From IMG/VR virus record IMGVR_UViG_3300012943_000007, positions 1 to 55,767 of that record: a stretch of 55,767 nucleotides of DNA, one strand, 5' to 3'. Below, one piece after another: positions 1 to 9,176 of the stretch. Below the pieces are notes generated by a model. It worked only from the letters and a program-made list of their open reading frames with translations, did not search any database and was not told where the DNA came from. The stretch's first letter is position 1; each line of letters starts with the position of its first letter. This DNA is from a virus (taxonomy: Duplodnaviria > Caudoviricetes). Both the position numbers and the translations under genes were made by a program.

Positions 1-123
1 AACTTATGCGCGTTGGCTCGCGCCGTGCAAGTGGATCAGCCCGAACGGTCGGATCATGTTGCAGATGCGAACGACGCACATTCCGGCGGATCGCGTGCCC
101 GATAAGCTTCCGGCGTTTCTCTG
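1..123. repeat. 123-bp direct terminal repeat (left copy), probably circular-assembly overlap
   Basis: Identical to 55645-55767; a reading frame runs uninterrupted through the junction. Confidence 0.95.
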
Positions 124-235
124 TGATACGAAATGGGAGAATTTCGGCATGTTGAACGGACGGATCGTTGCGCACGATTATCCGCAAATCAATTCGAGCC
201 TGCCGAAACGACTGCGCAAGGCACATATGATATGA
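2..235 (+). CDS. 3' part of a junction-spanning kinase-like protein (starts at 55442)
   Basis: Frame reads TYARWLAPCKW...CDTKWENFGMLNGRIVAHDY...HMI, stop TGA 233-235 overlapping next ATG at 232. Confidence 0.75.
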   Translation, partial: TYARWLAPCKWISPNGRIMLQMRTTHIPADRVPDKLPAFLCDTKWENFGMLNGRIVAHDYPQINSSLPKRLRKAHMI

Positions 236-450
236 TGACACTGGCGCGCGATCAGAGCGGTAATTTCTGGCAAATCGACGGGCTCGGTCCGTTGATCGAA
301 GTCGATATGAAATATGATCGACGTGAAAATATGTGGCTGATCGATAGCGCTTGGCAGAACGACGTTCCATATTTCATGCCGGACGATCAGCGCGAAGAAA
401 TCGAGCGTTGGCACGATGCTAACATTCCGTATGAATACGATCCGACATGA
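232..450 (+). CDS. hypothetical protein
   Basis: ORF 133..450 re-started at ATG 232 (ATGA coupling on both sides). Confidence 0.6.
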   Translation: MMTLARDQSGNFWQIDGLGPLIEVDMKYDRRENMWLIDSAWQNDVPYFMPDDQREEIERWHDANIPYEYDPT

Positions 451-671
451 AAGCGCCCGCGCTAGTGTTCATCAACGGTAAATGCTTAGCGCTCGGTAAT
501 GTTATCGGCGGTTGGTTGTTTCCGCACATGGCCGAAATCTATCAGGTTGAAATGCCGGGGATAACGTTCGATATTTTTCGCGCGATCAGCAATTGGGGTG
601 CTGCGCCGTCGACAATCTATCCGCGATATCTTCGTGATCCTGAAACGGGTGATTGGGATGATCCACGATGA
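447..671 (+). CDS. hypothetical protein
   Basis: ATGA overlaps with both neighbours. Confidence 0.6.
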   Translation: MKAPALVFINGKCLALGNVIGGWLFPHMAEIYQVEMPGITFDIFRAISNWGAAPSTIYPRYLRDPETGDWDDPR

Positions 672-820
672 AAGTGAAGATCGAACGGACGCCAATGACG
701 TTCGACGAATTGTGCGCTGATTTGAACGTCAAGCCTGATGAACGTGCTAAATTGGCGTTCTATCTGGCGGTATTGCGTGCGTTCCGAACATTCGAAAAGC
801 TAGGCCATGCTCCGGGGTGA
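668..820 (+). CDS. small hypothetical protein (50 aa, MKVKIERTPMTFDELC...)
   Basis: Read manually; fills the gap between 671 and terL with ATGA coupling. Confidence 0.5.
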   Translation: MKVKIERTPMTFDELCADLNVKPDERAKLAFYLAVLRAFRTFEKLGHAPG

Positions 821-2654
821 TTTATTCGAATGGATCGAGCCGCCTGCGCCTATCGAGCCGTTGCGGCCCGATGCGCTGAGTATTGCGCAATGGCGTGCGC
901 AAGGCGGTCCGGATTATAAGCGCATTCTGGCTTGGCGGATTAACGAAATCGACGCTATGCGCGCGAGCGTTAGAGCGGAAAACGAACGACGTTCCAAAAA
1001 CTTTCAATCCGGCCCGCAACCGACATTGCTCGATATGGCAAAGGCGTATTACGCCAAGCCTGAGAATGCCGGGCGGTTCATTATGGATTGGATGGATACT
1101 TACGATCCGCGCAAAAAGTCTATGCGATGGATGCCGTTCGTATTTTTCCAACGGCAAAACGAGTTCATCGATTTTCTAACTGAAATGTATCTGACCGACG
1201 AGAACGGGCTTGTCGAAAAAGCGCGTGATATGGGTCTGACATGGCTTTGCGTTGCGTGGTCCGTTTGGGCGTGGCTATTCGTTCCGGGTGTCGCAATCGG
1301 TTGGGGCTCGCGCAAGCAAGAGCTAGTCGACCGGCGCGGCGATTTCGACAGTATTTTTGAAAAGATTAGGCAAGTCGTTCAGCGTTTACCGCGTGAGTTC
1401 TGGCCGAAAGGGTTCGATCCGTCGAAACACGCGACGGAAATGAAGCTGATCAATCCTGAGAATGGCGCGTCGATCACTGGCGAAATTGGCGATAACATCG
1501 GTCGCGGCGGTCGAAAGACGATCTACTTTAAGGATGAAAGCGCCCATTACGAACATCCCGAGTTGGTTGAAGCGGCGCTAGGCGATAACACGAATTGCCA
1601 GATCGATATTAGCTCGGTCAACGGGCTTGGAAACGTGTTCCAGAGGCGCGCGGAAAGCGCAGAGCTTTGGACGCCGAATAGACCCGCGCCAATCTACTCC
1701 GGCGTGGTCCGAAAGTTTATTGTTGATTGGCGCGATCATCCTGAAAAAACACAAGAATGGTACGAACGGCGGAAAGCGCGAGCGGAAGCCGAAGGATTGC
1801 TCGCTAAATTCTTGCAGGAAGTGGAACGCGATTATAGCGGGTCGCTGTCTGGCGTAATCATCTTACGCGAATGGGTTGAAGCGGCGATTGACGCTCATTT
1901 GAAGCTTGTCGATTGGAAAGATAGTCGAGGCGTGCCGATTGATTGGCTTTCCGGAGGTTGGGCGGGCGGGCTCGATATCGCCGACAGTGACGACGGTGAT
2001 AGGAACGCGCTTGTCTATCGCAAGGGGATTGTTCTTTGCGATGCTGACGAATGGGGCGGCGCTCGCGATCCGGGGGTTACGACACGCAAAGCGATTGCGA
2101 CGTTGATCGCATTGGGTGAATATATAGAATGCTATTACGATAGCGTCGGAATGGGTTCGAACGTTAAGTCGGAATGGAACCGTCTAACAATCGATGATGA
2201 AACGGGCGGATTGCGTAAAGATGCACCGAAAGGTATCGAGCGCGTCCGGATGGTTGGATGGAATGCAGGCGATAGCGTTCAAAATCCATATTATCATTTG
2301 GTCGAGGATGACGATGAAACGCCGCTTAATCGTGAATTCTTTCAGAACATGAAGGCTCAAGCGTGGTGGTCGCTTAAAATGCGGTTCTATCGGACATGGC
2401 AAGCGGTCGTTCAAGGCTTGCGCTTCGATCCCGACAGCATGATCAGCATTCATTCCGGATTGCGCCTATTGGAACAGATCAAAAAAGAGCTATGCCAACC
2501 CGTCATGGTTCAAAGCGCGGGATCGTTAAAACAGATGGTCGATAAAAAGCCCGCTAATACCAAGTCGCCGAACGTTGCCGATGCAATCGTTATGTGTTAT
2601 TTCCCGGTCGACAATGGCGGCGCAACGGCGACAAGTGGCACTCATGGGACTTAG
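807..2654 (+). CDS. terL: terminase large subunit
   Basis: Walker A-like EKARDMGLTW, Walker B YFKDESAH, nuclease motifs GLDIAD and SPNVADA; precedes portal. Confidence 0.93.
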   Translation: MLRGDLFEWIEPPAPIEPLRPDALSIAQWRAQGGPDYKRILAWRINEIDAMRASVRAENERRSKNFQSGPQPTLLDMAKAYYAKPENAGRFIMDWMDTYDPRKKSMRWMPFVFFQRQNEFIDFLTEMYLTDENGLVEKARDMGLTWLCVAWSVWAWLFVPGVAIGWGSRKQELVDRRGDFDSIFEKIRQVVQRLPREFWPKGFDPSKHATEMKLINPENGASITGEIGDNIGRGGRKTIYFKDESAHYEHPELVEAALGDNTNCQIDISSVNGLGNVFQRRAESAELWTPNRPAPIYSGVVRKFIVDWRDHPEKTQEWYERRKARAEAEGLLAKFLQEVERDYSGSLSGVIILREWVEAAIDAHLKLVDWKDSRGVPIDWLSGGWAGGLDIADSDDGDRNALVYRKGIVLCDADEWGGARDPGVTTRKAIATLIALGEYIECYYDSVGMGSNVKSEWNRLTIDDETGGLRKDAPKGIERVRMVGWNAGDSVQNPYYHLVEDDDETPLNREFFQNMKAQAWWSLKMRFYRTWQAVVQGLRFDPDSMISIHSGLRLLEQIKKELCQPVMVQSAGSLKQMVDKKPANTKSPNVADAIVMCYFPVDNGGATATSGTHGT

Positions 2655-4206
2655 CAGACTGGCGCTAATGGCGGCATTCGACGGCGCAGCGGCGCCAACG
2701 CTGCTAGAGGATTTGGACAAGCCCGGCGCTGATAATTCAGTCATGCGCCCGTACTGGCAGCTAGTCGACGCCATTCTAGGCGGCGTCGAAACAATGCGGC
2801 TCGCAAAAGACATGACGTTGCCGCAATTGCCTGCCGAAGATGACGACGATTACAAATTTCGGGTGAACACTTCGAAGTTTACGAATGTGTTCGGTGATAT
2901 CATCGAAGATTTGTCGAGCCGTCCGTTCTCTGAGGAAGTCAAGGTTGAGGGCGAGAATACGCCCGCCGAAATCGAGGTGTTTTGCGACGACGTTGACGGC
3001 GCCGGAACGTCGCTGACGATGTTCGCAGCGGAACAGTTTTATAACGCCGTTGCGTACACTATCGATTGGACGTTCGTCGATTTCCCGAACGTTCCACCGA
3101 AATCCGATGGTACGGTTCGCACTCGCGAAGATGACAAACGCGACGGTAATCGCCCGTATTGGTCGCATGTTCGGGCGATCAACGTTCTAGAAGTTCGAAC
3201 CAAAATCATCAATGGTCGCGAAACGATCATTTATTTCCGTCTGTTCGAACCTGCGGCGAATGGGATCAAGGATCGCGTTCGTATCATGGAGCTAATCAAC
3301 GGCGTTGCCAGTTGGAAGCTTTACGAAAAGTCGGATCGTGCGTCGAATACCGCCAATGCGACGACATGGGTCGGCGTCGACGAAGGTATTTTTTCCATCG
3401 GCAGCATTCCGCTCTATCCGTTCGCAACGGGTCGCCGGAAGGGTCGGACTTGGCAGTTTCATTCGCCGATGAAGTCGGCGGCGGAATTGCAGGTTCAGCT
3501 ATTCCAAGATGAAAGCGCGCTGAAACATTCTAAGATCATGTCGGCGTTCGTAATGATCGCCGCGAACGGGGTGAAGCCTGAGAAAACCGGCGTCGGTAAC
3601 GCACAGACGATCAAGCCGCTTAAGACCGGTCCGGGTCGCGTTCTTTACGGCGGCGTTGACGGCAGCGGAACGGCAGGCACGTTCGAATTGCTAGAGCCGT
3701 CTGCGTCGACGATGGAGTTCCAAGCCAAAGACAACGAACGCACGATCAACCAATTGCGCGAGCTAGGACGCCAGCCGTTGACGGCGCAGTCTGGTAACCT
3801 CACGGTGATTACGACGACGGTTGCCGCGATGAAGGGCAACAGCGCTTGCCAGCAATGGGCGATCATCGAAGGTAAGGCGCTCGAAAGCGCGCTGGAAGCA
3901 ACCGCGCGTTGGTACGGTATCCAGAATTACAAACCGTCCGTTGAAGTGTTCCATGATTTCGACGTTGACGGCGAGGGCAAGGATATGACGCTTATTCTTG
4001 ACGCTCGAAAGAATGGCGATCTATCGCAGGGCACGCTTTGGCATGAAATGCGCCGTCGCGGCGTGTTGAGTGCTGAGTTCGATCCAGAAAATGAAAAGAA
4101 AGCTTTGTTGGACGAAACGCCCGACGAAACGGATATCGACGACGAAATAACCAAGCCCGGCGCGAACGTCGTTCCGATTAAACAGCCGGTGAAACCCCCT
4201 GTCTAA
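2644..4206 (+). CDS. portal protein (DUF4055-like)
   Basis: About 520 aa directly after terL; start set at ATG 2644 (MGLSRLALMAAFDG); acidic C-terminus. Confidence 0.85.
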   Translation: MGLSRLALMAAFDGAAAPTLLEDLDKPGADNSVMRPYWQLVDAILGGVETMRLAKDMTLPQLPAEDDDDYKFRVNTSKFTNVFGDIIEDLSSRPFSEEVKVEGENTPAEIEVFCDDVDGAGTSLTMFAAEQFYNAVAYTIDWTFVDFPNVPPKSDGTVRTREDDKRDGNRPYWSHVRAINVLEVRTKIINGRETIIYFRLFEPAANGIKDRVRIMELINGVASWKLYEKSDRASNTANATTWVGVDEGIFSIGSIPLYPFATGRRKGRTWQFHSPMKSAAELQVQLFQDESALKHSKIMSAFVMIAANGVKPEKTGVGNAQTIKPLKTGPGRVLYGGVDGSGTAGTFELLEPSASTMEFQAKDNERTINQLRELGRQPLTAQSGNLTVITTTVAAMKGNSACQQWAIIEGKALESALEATARWYGIQNYKPSVEVFHDFDVDGEGKDMTLILDARKNGDLSQGTLWHEMRRRGVLSAEFDPENEKKALLDETPDETDIDDEITKPGANVVPIKQPVKPPV

Positions 4207-4221
4207 AGAAAGGTTCTAGAA

Positions 4222-5052
4222 ATGCACATTCGTAACTTGTTCGGAATTTCGCATGTCGCTCTCATGGCGGCGTTCGAAGGCGAGAACGTTCCGACGTTGG
4301 CGCAACAGCCGGTCCGCGACGGCAAGCTTGTGTTCATCAACGGCGACAAAGAGGAACTTGTTGACCCCGGTGAATATTGGACGGGTCGCAGCAAGATCAC
4401 GGCGCTGAACAGTGAAGCGGCGGGCCATAGGCGCGAGAAAGAAACGCTCGCCGAAAAGCTGAAACCGTATGAAGGGATCGACCCGGTGAAAGCGCGCGAA
4501 GCGCTCGGGATCGTCGAAAAGCTCGATCAGAAAAAGCTTTTGGACGCCGGGGAAGTCGACCGGGTGAAAGCGACTATCGAGGAAGGCTATAAGGGTCAGC
4601 TTACCGAAGCGCAGAAGCGCGGCGATACGCTGCAAGCCCGGCTGAACGAAAAGGTACTGACAGAAGCGTTCACTGGCTCGAAATGGGTCGACGACACGTT
4701 GGCGATCCCGAAAGATATCGTTCAATCAACGTTTGGTCGGTTCTTTACCGTCGACGACGCGACCGGCAATATCAGCGCCAAGGATCATACTGGTAATCCG
4801 ATCCTGTCGCGCGCCACGGAACGGCTCGGGCAACCGGCGCCATTCGAGGAAGCGCTAAAGGTGCTGGTTGAAGCCTATCCGAACAAAGACGCCATTATGA
4901 AGGGCAACGCCAATCGTGGCGGCGGCAACACTGGCGGCGGCGGTAATCCGGGCGGCGGCGCGCGGATCGTTCGGCGCGCTGATTTCGACAGTTGGTCGCC
5001 TGCCGAAAAGGCAAAGGCGGCGACTGATCCGAATATCAAGATCGTCGATTAA
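4222..5052 (+). CDS. capsid scaffolding protein
   Basis: Charged coiled-coil, Gly-rich linker, short C-terminal helix; lies between portal and coat. Confidence 0.8.
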   Translation: MHIRNLFGISHVALMAAFEGENVPTLAQQPVRDGKLVFINGDKEELVDPGEYWTGRSKITALNSEAAGHRREKETLAEKLKPYEGIDPVKAREALGIVEKLDQKKLLDAGEVDRVKATIEEGYKGQLTEAQKRGDTLQARLNEKVLTEAFTGSKWVDDTLAIPKDIVQSTFGRFFTVDDATGNISAKDHTGNPILSRATERLGQPAPFEEALKVLVEAYPNKDAIMKGNANRGGGNTGGGGNPGGGARIVRRADFDSWSPAEKAKAATDPNIKIVD

Positions 5053-5102
5053 CGGGCTCGCTGGCGCGTCGTTTCGAGCGGGCGGCGCAATAGCTGAGAG
5101 GG

Positions 5103-5142
5103 CGGGGCGGCTTGAAGGGGTTTCAGCCGCCCCGTTTGTTTT
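5103..5142 (+). terminator. intrinsic terminator between scaffold and convergent island
   Basis: cggggcggcttgaa/tttcagccgccccg stem followed by tttgtttt. Confidence 0.6.
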
Positions 5143-5338
5143 CAGGACCGGCGAAATCGATCCGTCGATCATCGTCGAAAAGTTCGACCGTATATTGCGA
5201 TCCTAAACCGCGTTCCATACCGCGCGCCCATTCGATAGCGGCTTGTTCGTCTTTAGGTTGATGGATCGCAAGCGGTGTTTCGGTTCCGGACCAAGGGCGT
5301 TCATTCGAGTTGAAACGGACGCGAAGTTGATACGTCAT
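5123..5338 (-). CDS. hypothetical protein (island 1)
   Basis: Start ATG 5338 coupled to upstream stop. Confidence 0.55.
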   Translation of the reverse strand: MTYQLRVRFNSNERPWSGTETPLAIHQPKDEQAAIEWARGMERGLGSQYTVELFDDDRRIDFAGPENKRGG

Positions 5339-5604
5339 TCCGTTTCCTTTCTTCCGCCAGTTTCGAGGAACCATTTCCGAATGCCGACTTCCGCCATTGC
5401 CTTAGCGTCGTCGACCGACGTGTAATGGTTGTTCGCCGCGCTGATCGAAATGCCGGGCAGGTAGAAATTCACCTGATGCCAAACGGCTTCATTCTTGCGC
5501 AACAATGGTTGCGTGACGCTGGCGACGCGATAGCCGCCAACCTTGGCGGAATGGACGGCGGTCCCAAGGCGCGGAACCTCATGGCTCCAAAGGATCGGTT
5601 TCAT
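5335..5604 (-). CDS. hypothetical protein (island 1)
   Basis: Start ATG 5604 (MKPILW), ATGA coupling. Confidence 0.55.
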   Translation of the reverse strand: MKPILWSHEVPRLGTAVHSAKVGGYRVASVTQPLLRKNEAVWHQVNFYLPGISISAANNHYTSVDDAKAMAEVGIRKWFLETGGRKETE

Positions 5605-5695
5605 TGAACCCTCACAAGGCGGTTGAGAATGAGCGCGGCGAATAGGATCGCGCTCGGATAGGTTGCAAGATCGATAGCGGCGAACAGGGCGGTCA

Positions 5696-5914
5696 TTAGC
5701 GCGCTCGCACGAACAGCGGTTCGACAAGCATTTCGCGCCCGGTATCCGGGAATGAAATGCGAATGCGCTTGGTTGTAACCTTGATAACGGTCGCGTCGAA
5801 ATCTTTCCAGATCGCGCGGCGAGTTGATCCCGTGCGGATAAACCCCTGTTTGACATGAACGCGAACGGCGTCGCCGGGGTGAAACTGCGCTGCGTGCTGG
5901 CTGGTAATACCCAA
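5696..5914 (-). CDS. small beta-rich (SH3-like) hypothetical protein
   Basis: GGAGG SD before TTG; promoter just upstream. Confidence 0.6.
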   Translation of the reverse strand: MGITSQHAAQFHPGDAVRVHVKQGFIRTGSTRRAIWKDFDATVIKVTTKRIRISFPDTGREMLVEPLFVRAR

Positions 5915-5943
5915 TCAATCCTCCATCGGTTGAATACCGTCTG

Positions 5944-5971
5944 ATATAAGCGCGCTAATCAGCCGGGTCAA
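5944..5971 (-). promoter_or_regulatory. sigma70-type promoter TTGAC-N17-TTATAT
   Basis: Spacing counted; 5943-5971 is 26/29 nt identical to 34351-34379. Confidence 0.75.
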
Positions 5972-6192
5972 GTGGCTAAATGGAAAATCGCTCGATAATT
6001 TTTCAAATTCAGCATTCCGTTCAGCATTTCAGGAAACGGAATGATATCATCGATCACGTAACGTTCATGCCAGATCAGCACGCCGTCGTTCCGATCAGCT
6101 AGCAGGCGATCCGCGAGCGCTAGCTGATCTTCGGGGAATTGCATTGTCGCCCGATAGTCGGAATGTCGGACGAATAGAAATAGCCGTTTCAT
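5968..6192 (-). CDS. hypothetical protein
   Basis: ORF in coupled minus-strand run. Confidence 0.55.
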   Translation of the reverse strand: MKRLFLFVRHSDYRATMQFPEDQLALADRLLADRNDGVLIWHERYVIDDIIPFPEMLNGMLNLKNYRAIFHLAT

Positions 6193-6455
6193 TCGTCGTT
6201 ACAATCGTCGCAAAGGTTTTCGTCGGTATCGTTGTTTAGTTCCTCGGTTGAACAGTACCAACCGCAACCGTCGCAGCAAAAATACAGTTCGTCGCAGGCG
6301 GCGGCAAACTGCATACTTTTCGCTTCCTCTGCTGTTAGTGCAAGTTCCTCGCAAACGTTTTCGATGACGCGAACGTCGGGCGGATTTGCCGTTCCGATCA
6401 CTTGATCAGCGATGGTTTGTGCGGCTTGTTGAATTAGCTCGCTGCGCATGGTCAT
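6189..6455 (-). CDS. small Cys-rich (zinc-binding) protein
   Basis: CDGCGW...CDDC motif. Confidence 0.65.
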   Translation of the reverse strand: MTMRSELIQQAAQTIADQVIGTANPPDVRVIENVCEELALTAEEAKSMQFAAACDELYFCCDGCGWYCSTEELNNDTDENLCDDCNDE

Positions 6456-6688
6456 TCCGCCGCGACCAATGTCGGCAACGGCTTTTTAGCAGTCGGCGGG
6501 TTGATCAGGGTTTCGATTGTGTCGGTTCGGCGTCCGTATAGAACGCCGTTACGAAATGCAATCTCGCGCAGGGCGTTCACGCGTTTGATTGCGCCCGGTC
6601 CCCATTGACCATGAACATAGCCGATAGAGAAACCAATTCCGCCAGCGATTGCGGCGATAACAAAAACAAGAGCGGTATAAAAGAGCAT
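6452..6688 (-). CDS. small membrane protein
   Basis: N-terminal hydrophobic helix. Confidence 0.55.
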   Translation of the reverse strand: MLFYTALVFVIAAIAGGIGFSIGYVHGQWGPGAIKRVNALREIAFRNGVLYGRRTDTIETLINPPTAKKPLPTLVAAE

Positions 6689-6783
6689 GGCGGATACTCG
6701 CTTCGAATGATCAGCCTATTTAGCGCCGTCTGTTATTTTCCACAAGAGCCCTATTGCAAATTTCCGCGAAGCATTTTAACGGT

Positions 6784-6840
6784 TGGATTAGTTCGGGCGA
6801 GACGCCCAAAGATCGAGCGCGACGCTCAACCCCCAATCCA
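6784..6840 (+). promoter_or_regulatory. structured 5' leader of the coat gene (twin hairpins)
   Basis: GGGCGAGACGCCC (6795-6807) and GAGCGCGACGCTC (6815-6827) enclosed by TGGATT/AATCCA. Confidence 0.5.
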
Positions 6841-6862
6841 TTCCAAATCAGAGGGCTATCCC

Positions 6863-8086
6863 ATGCGCAAGGCTTCCTTGCTCGCGTCGGTCGCGCTAAT
6901 CGGCGTTATCGGCGTCGCCCCGTCCTATGCGGCGGCGAACACTCTTACCGGGCTCATTCCCGACATTTACGCGGCGCTCGACGTTGTGTCGCGCGAACTG
7001 ATCGGCTTCATCCCGTCCGTCAATCGCAATACCGGCGCCGAACGTGCGGCAAAGGGCGAGGCGGTCAAATGGCCGGTTTCGCGCACCACTACGGCGACCG
7101 ATATCACGCCGTCCATGACGATCCCGAACCCTGCGGATCGAACGACTGATACTGCGTCGATCACGATCACCGAAGCGAAGTCGGCCCGGTTCGGCTATAC
7201 CGGCGAGGAACAGAAAGGGCTGAACAATTCCGTCGGCTATCTTTCGGTTCAGGCGCAGGAAATCGCGCAGGCGTTTCGTTCAATCGCGAACGAAGTCGAA
7301 CAGGATATCGCCGACGTGGCGCTCGTTCATGGCTCGCGCGCTTACGGCACGTCGGGAACGACGCCGTTCGCAACCGATCTTTCCGACGCGGCGAACATCA
7401 AGAAAATCCTTGATGATAACGGCGCCCCGTCCGGTGAACGTTCGCTGATCATCAACACTACGGCAGGCGTTAAGGTTCGCACTTTGACGCAGTTGACCAA
7501 GGTCAACGAGGCCGGAACGTCGATGACGCTGCGGGACGGCGAACTGCTTTCGATCTTCGGTCTGTCGATGAAAGAAAGCGCCGCCAACACGTCGCATACC
7601 AAGGGAACCGGCGCGTCGGCGACGACGAATAACGCGGGTTATGCGGTCGGCGCGACGACGATCACGCTTGCATCTGCGGGCACCGGGACGATTGTCGCGG
7701 GCGATGTGATCACCATTGCGGGCGATACGAACAAGTACGTCGTTCTTTCCGGCGACGCCGACGTTTCGAACGGCGGCACGATTACGATTGGCGCACCGGG
7801 TCTGCGTGTGGCAATCGCGGCGTCGGCGACGGCGATCACTGTGCTGAATTCGTTCAGTGCGTCGTTCGGTTTCTCGCGCAATGCGCTTGCGCTTGCGGCT
7901 CGCCCGCCTGCCGTTCCGGAAGGTGGCGATGCTGCCGTCGAAAGCATGTTGGTTACCGACGTGCGTTCGGGTATCACCTTTGATATCCGTCGTTACAACG
8001 GTTACCATATGTCGGAATACGAAGTTGGTCTGGCGTGGGGTGTCGCCGCGACCAAAGACGAGCATATCGCGACGCTGCTCGGCTAA
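6863..8086 (+). CDS. major capsid protein, P22 coat-like, with N-terminal leader
   Basis: ANTLTGLIPDIYAALDVVSRE start of fold, Thr/Ala-rich insertion domain, C-terminal GLAWGV; GAGGG SD before ATG 6863. Confidence 0.9.
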   Translation: MRKASLLASVALIGVIGVAPSYAAANTLTGLIPDIYAALDVVSRELIGFIPSVNRNTGAERAAKGEAVKWPVSRTTTATDITPSMTIPNPADRTTDTASITITEAKSARFGYTGEEQKGLNNSVGYLSVQAQEIAQAFRSIANEVEQDIADVALVHGSRAYGTSGTTPFATDLSDAANIKKILDDNGAPSGERSLIINTTAGVKVRTLTQLTKVNEAGTSMTLRDGELLSIFGLSMKESAANTSHTKGTGASATTNNAGYAVGATTITLASAGTGTIVAGDVITIAGDTNKYVVLSGDADVSNGGTITIGAPGLRVAIAASATAITVLNSFSASFGFSRNALALAARPPAVPEGGDAAVESMLVTDVRSGITFDIRRYNGYHMSEYEVGLAWGVAATKDEHIATLLG

Positions 8087-8114
8087 TCGGTTCATCCGGT
8101 TGGAACGATGATCT

Positions 8115-8152
8115 AAGGGCCGCGTTTAGGTTATCCTAGACGTGGCCCTTTC
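8115..8152 (+). terminator. hairpin/terminator after coat gene
   Basis: aagggccgcgtttagg-ttat-cctagacgtggccctt then tt. Confidence 0.6.
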
Positions 8153-8177
8153 CGCATAATCGGAACGGGGTTCTACT

Positions 8178-8621
8178 TTGAGCGAATTAAGCCAAACTGG
8201 AACGGGCGATACCGTGCTGACGCTAAAAAAATCTTGGTGGCGTCGTATAGCGCAGAATTGGGTTGTCACTTTGACGGCTCGGATCGCGCTAGTATTGCTC
8301 GCGCTTGTCTGCGGTTGGATATTATCCTATGCGCAGTCGTTTGATCGACGTTTGGTCGCGGTGAATGATCGGATCGTTCGCATCGAAGCGGTCGGCGTGA
8401 CGAATATTCCCGGCATGGCAAGCGATATCGACACGCTTCAAGATCAGATGGAAGCGCAGGAAGTTCGCGGCGACGCGGCGCGCGAAGATCGTCAACGTCA
8501 GTTAGATTTGCTCGATAAGATCGTTTCGCAGCAAACCGAACTTTTGAAAGAACAGGCGGCGCAGGCGGCGACGCTTAGAGGGATCGACAACCGACTAATT
8601 CGGATCGAAAACAAGGGGTGA
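8178..8621 (+). CDS. membrane protein with C-terminal coiled coil
   Basis: One TM segment then heptad-rich region. Confidence 0.6.
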   Translation: MSELSQTGTGDTVLTLKKSWWRRIAQNWVVTLTARIALVLLALVCGWILSYAQSFDRRLVAVNDRIVRIEAVGVTNIPGMASDIDTLQDQMEAQEVRGDAAREDRQRQLDLLDKIVSQQTELLKEQAAQAATLRGIDNRLIRIENKG

Positions 8622-8625
8622 CGAA

Positions 8626-9126
8626 ATGACTAATCGGGCGAGTATCAACGCGAACCTAACGGTTCATCAGGAAGGCAGCGCGAGCGGGGGAACACTCGCG
8701 TTCGATGGATCGATGAATTACGCGAAAGAACTGGCGGCTGGTATCGGCGCCGATCAGTTCGATATCGCTTATGTGGCGGAACGTACCGTTGCAGACGGCG
8801 CAAACGACGATATCGATCTTGCGGGTGTTCTGACCGACGCATTCGGCGCGACGATCACGGCAGCGGAAGTTATCGCCGTTATGATCATCAACCGTAAAAA
8901 GAACGGTCAGGCGAACACAACCAATTTGACGCTTGGCGGCGGCTCGAACCCGATCACCGGGTTTTCCACTGCCGTTCTAAAGCCCGGCGATATGCTGCTT
9001 ATGTCGGCGACAACTGCGACCGGCCTATTTGCCGTTACTGGCGGGTCTGCCGACAATCTGCGGATCGCCAACAGCGCCGGGGCGCAGAATAAATACCAAA
9101 TCGCCATTCTTGCGCGTTCCGCCTAG
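8626..9126 (+). CDS. putative virion structural/decoration protein
   Basis: Beta-rich, G/A/T-rich; in head module. Confidence 0.6.
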   Translation: MTNRASINANLTVHQEGSASGGTLAFDGSMNYAKELAAGIGADQFDIAYVAERTVADGANDDIDLAGVLTDAFGATITAAEVIAVMIINRKKNGQANTTNLTLGGGSNPITGFSTAVLKPGDMLLMSATTATGLFAVTGGSADNLRIANSAGAQNKYQIAILARSA

Positions 9127-9134
9127 GGCGCGTA

Positions 9135-9165
9135 TCCTCTAGAGGTTCGAACAACCTCTAGAGGA
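9135..9165. repeat. inverted repeat with self-palindromic arms (CCTCTAGAGG x2)
   Basis: tcctctagaggtt-cgaac-aacctctagagga. Confidence 0.8.
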
Positions 9166-9176
9166 ACATTCTAGCT

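Noticed and set aside
1-123. 123-bp terminal repeat as a biological DTR
   Set aside because: It falls mid-gene with the frame continuous across the join, which is typical of assembler overlap on a circularly permuted genome.
6605-6862. Long 5' extensions in the ORF track (coat from 6605, portal 2575, tail tube 17707, terS 54325 and others)
   Set aside because: They overlap other genes or regulatory elements; downstream starts have SD sequences or translational coupling.
7280-8095. Long antisense or shadow ORFs (e.g. 7280..8095, 15365..16381, 28580..29173, 31089..31682)
   Set aside because: They lie opposite well-supported genes in a GC-rich genome and show no motifs.
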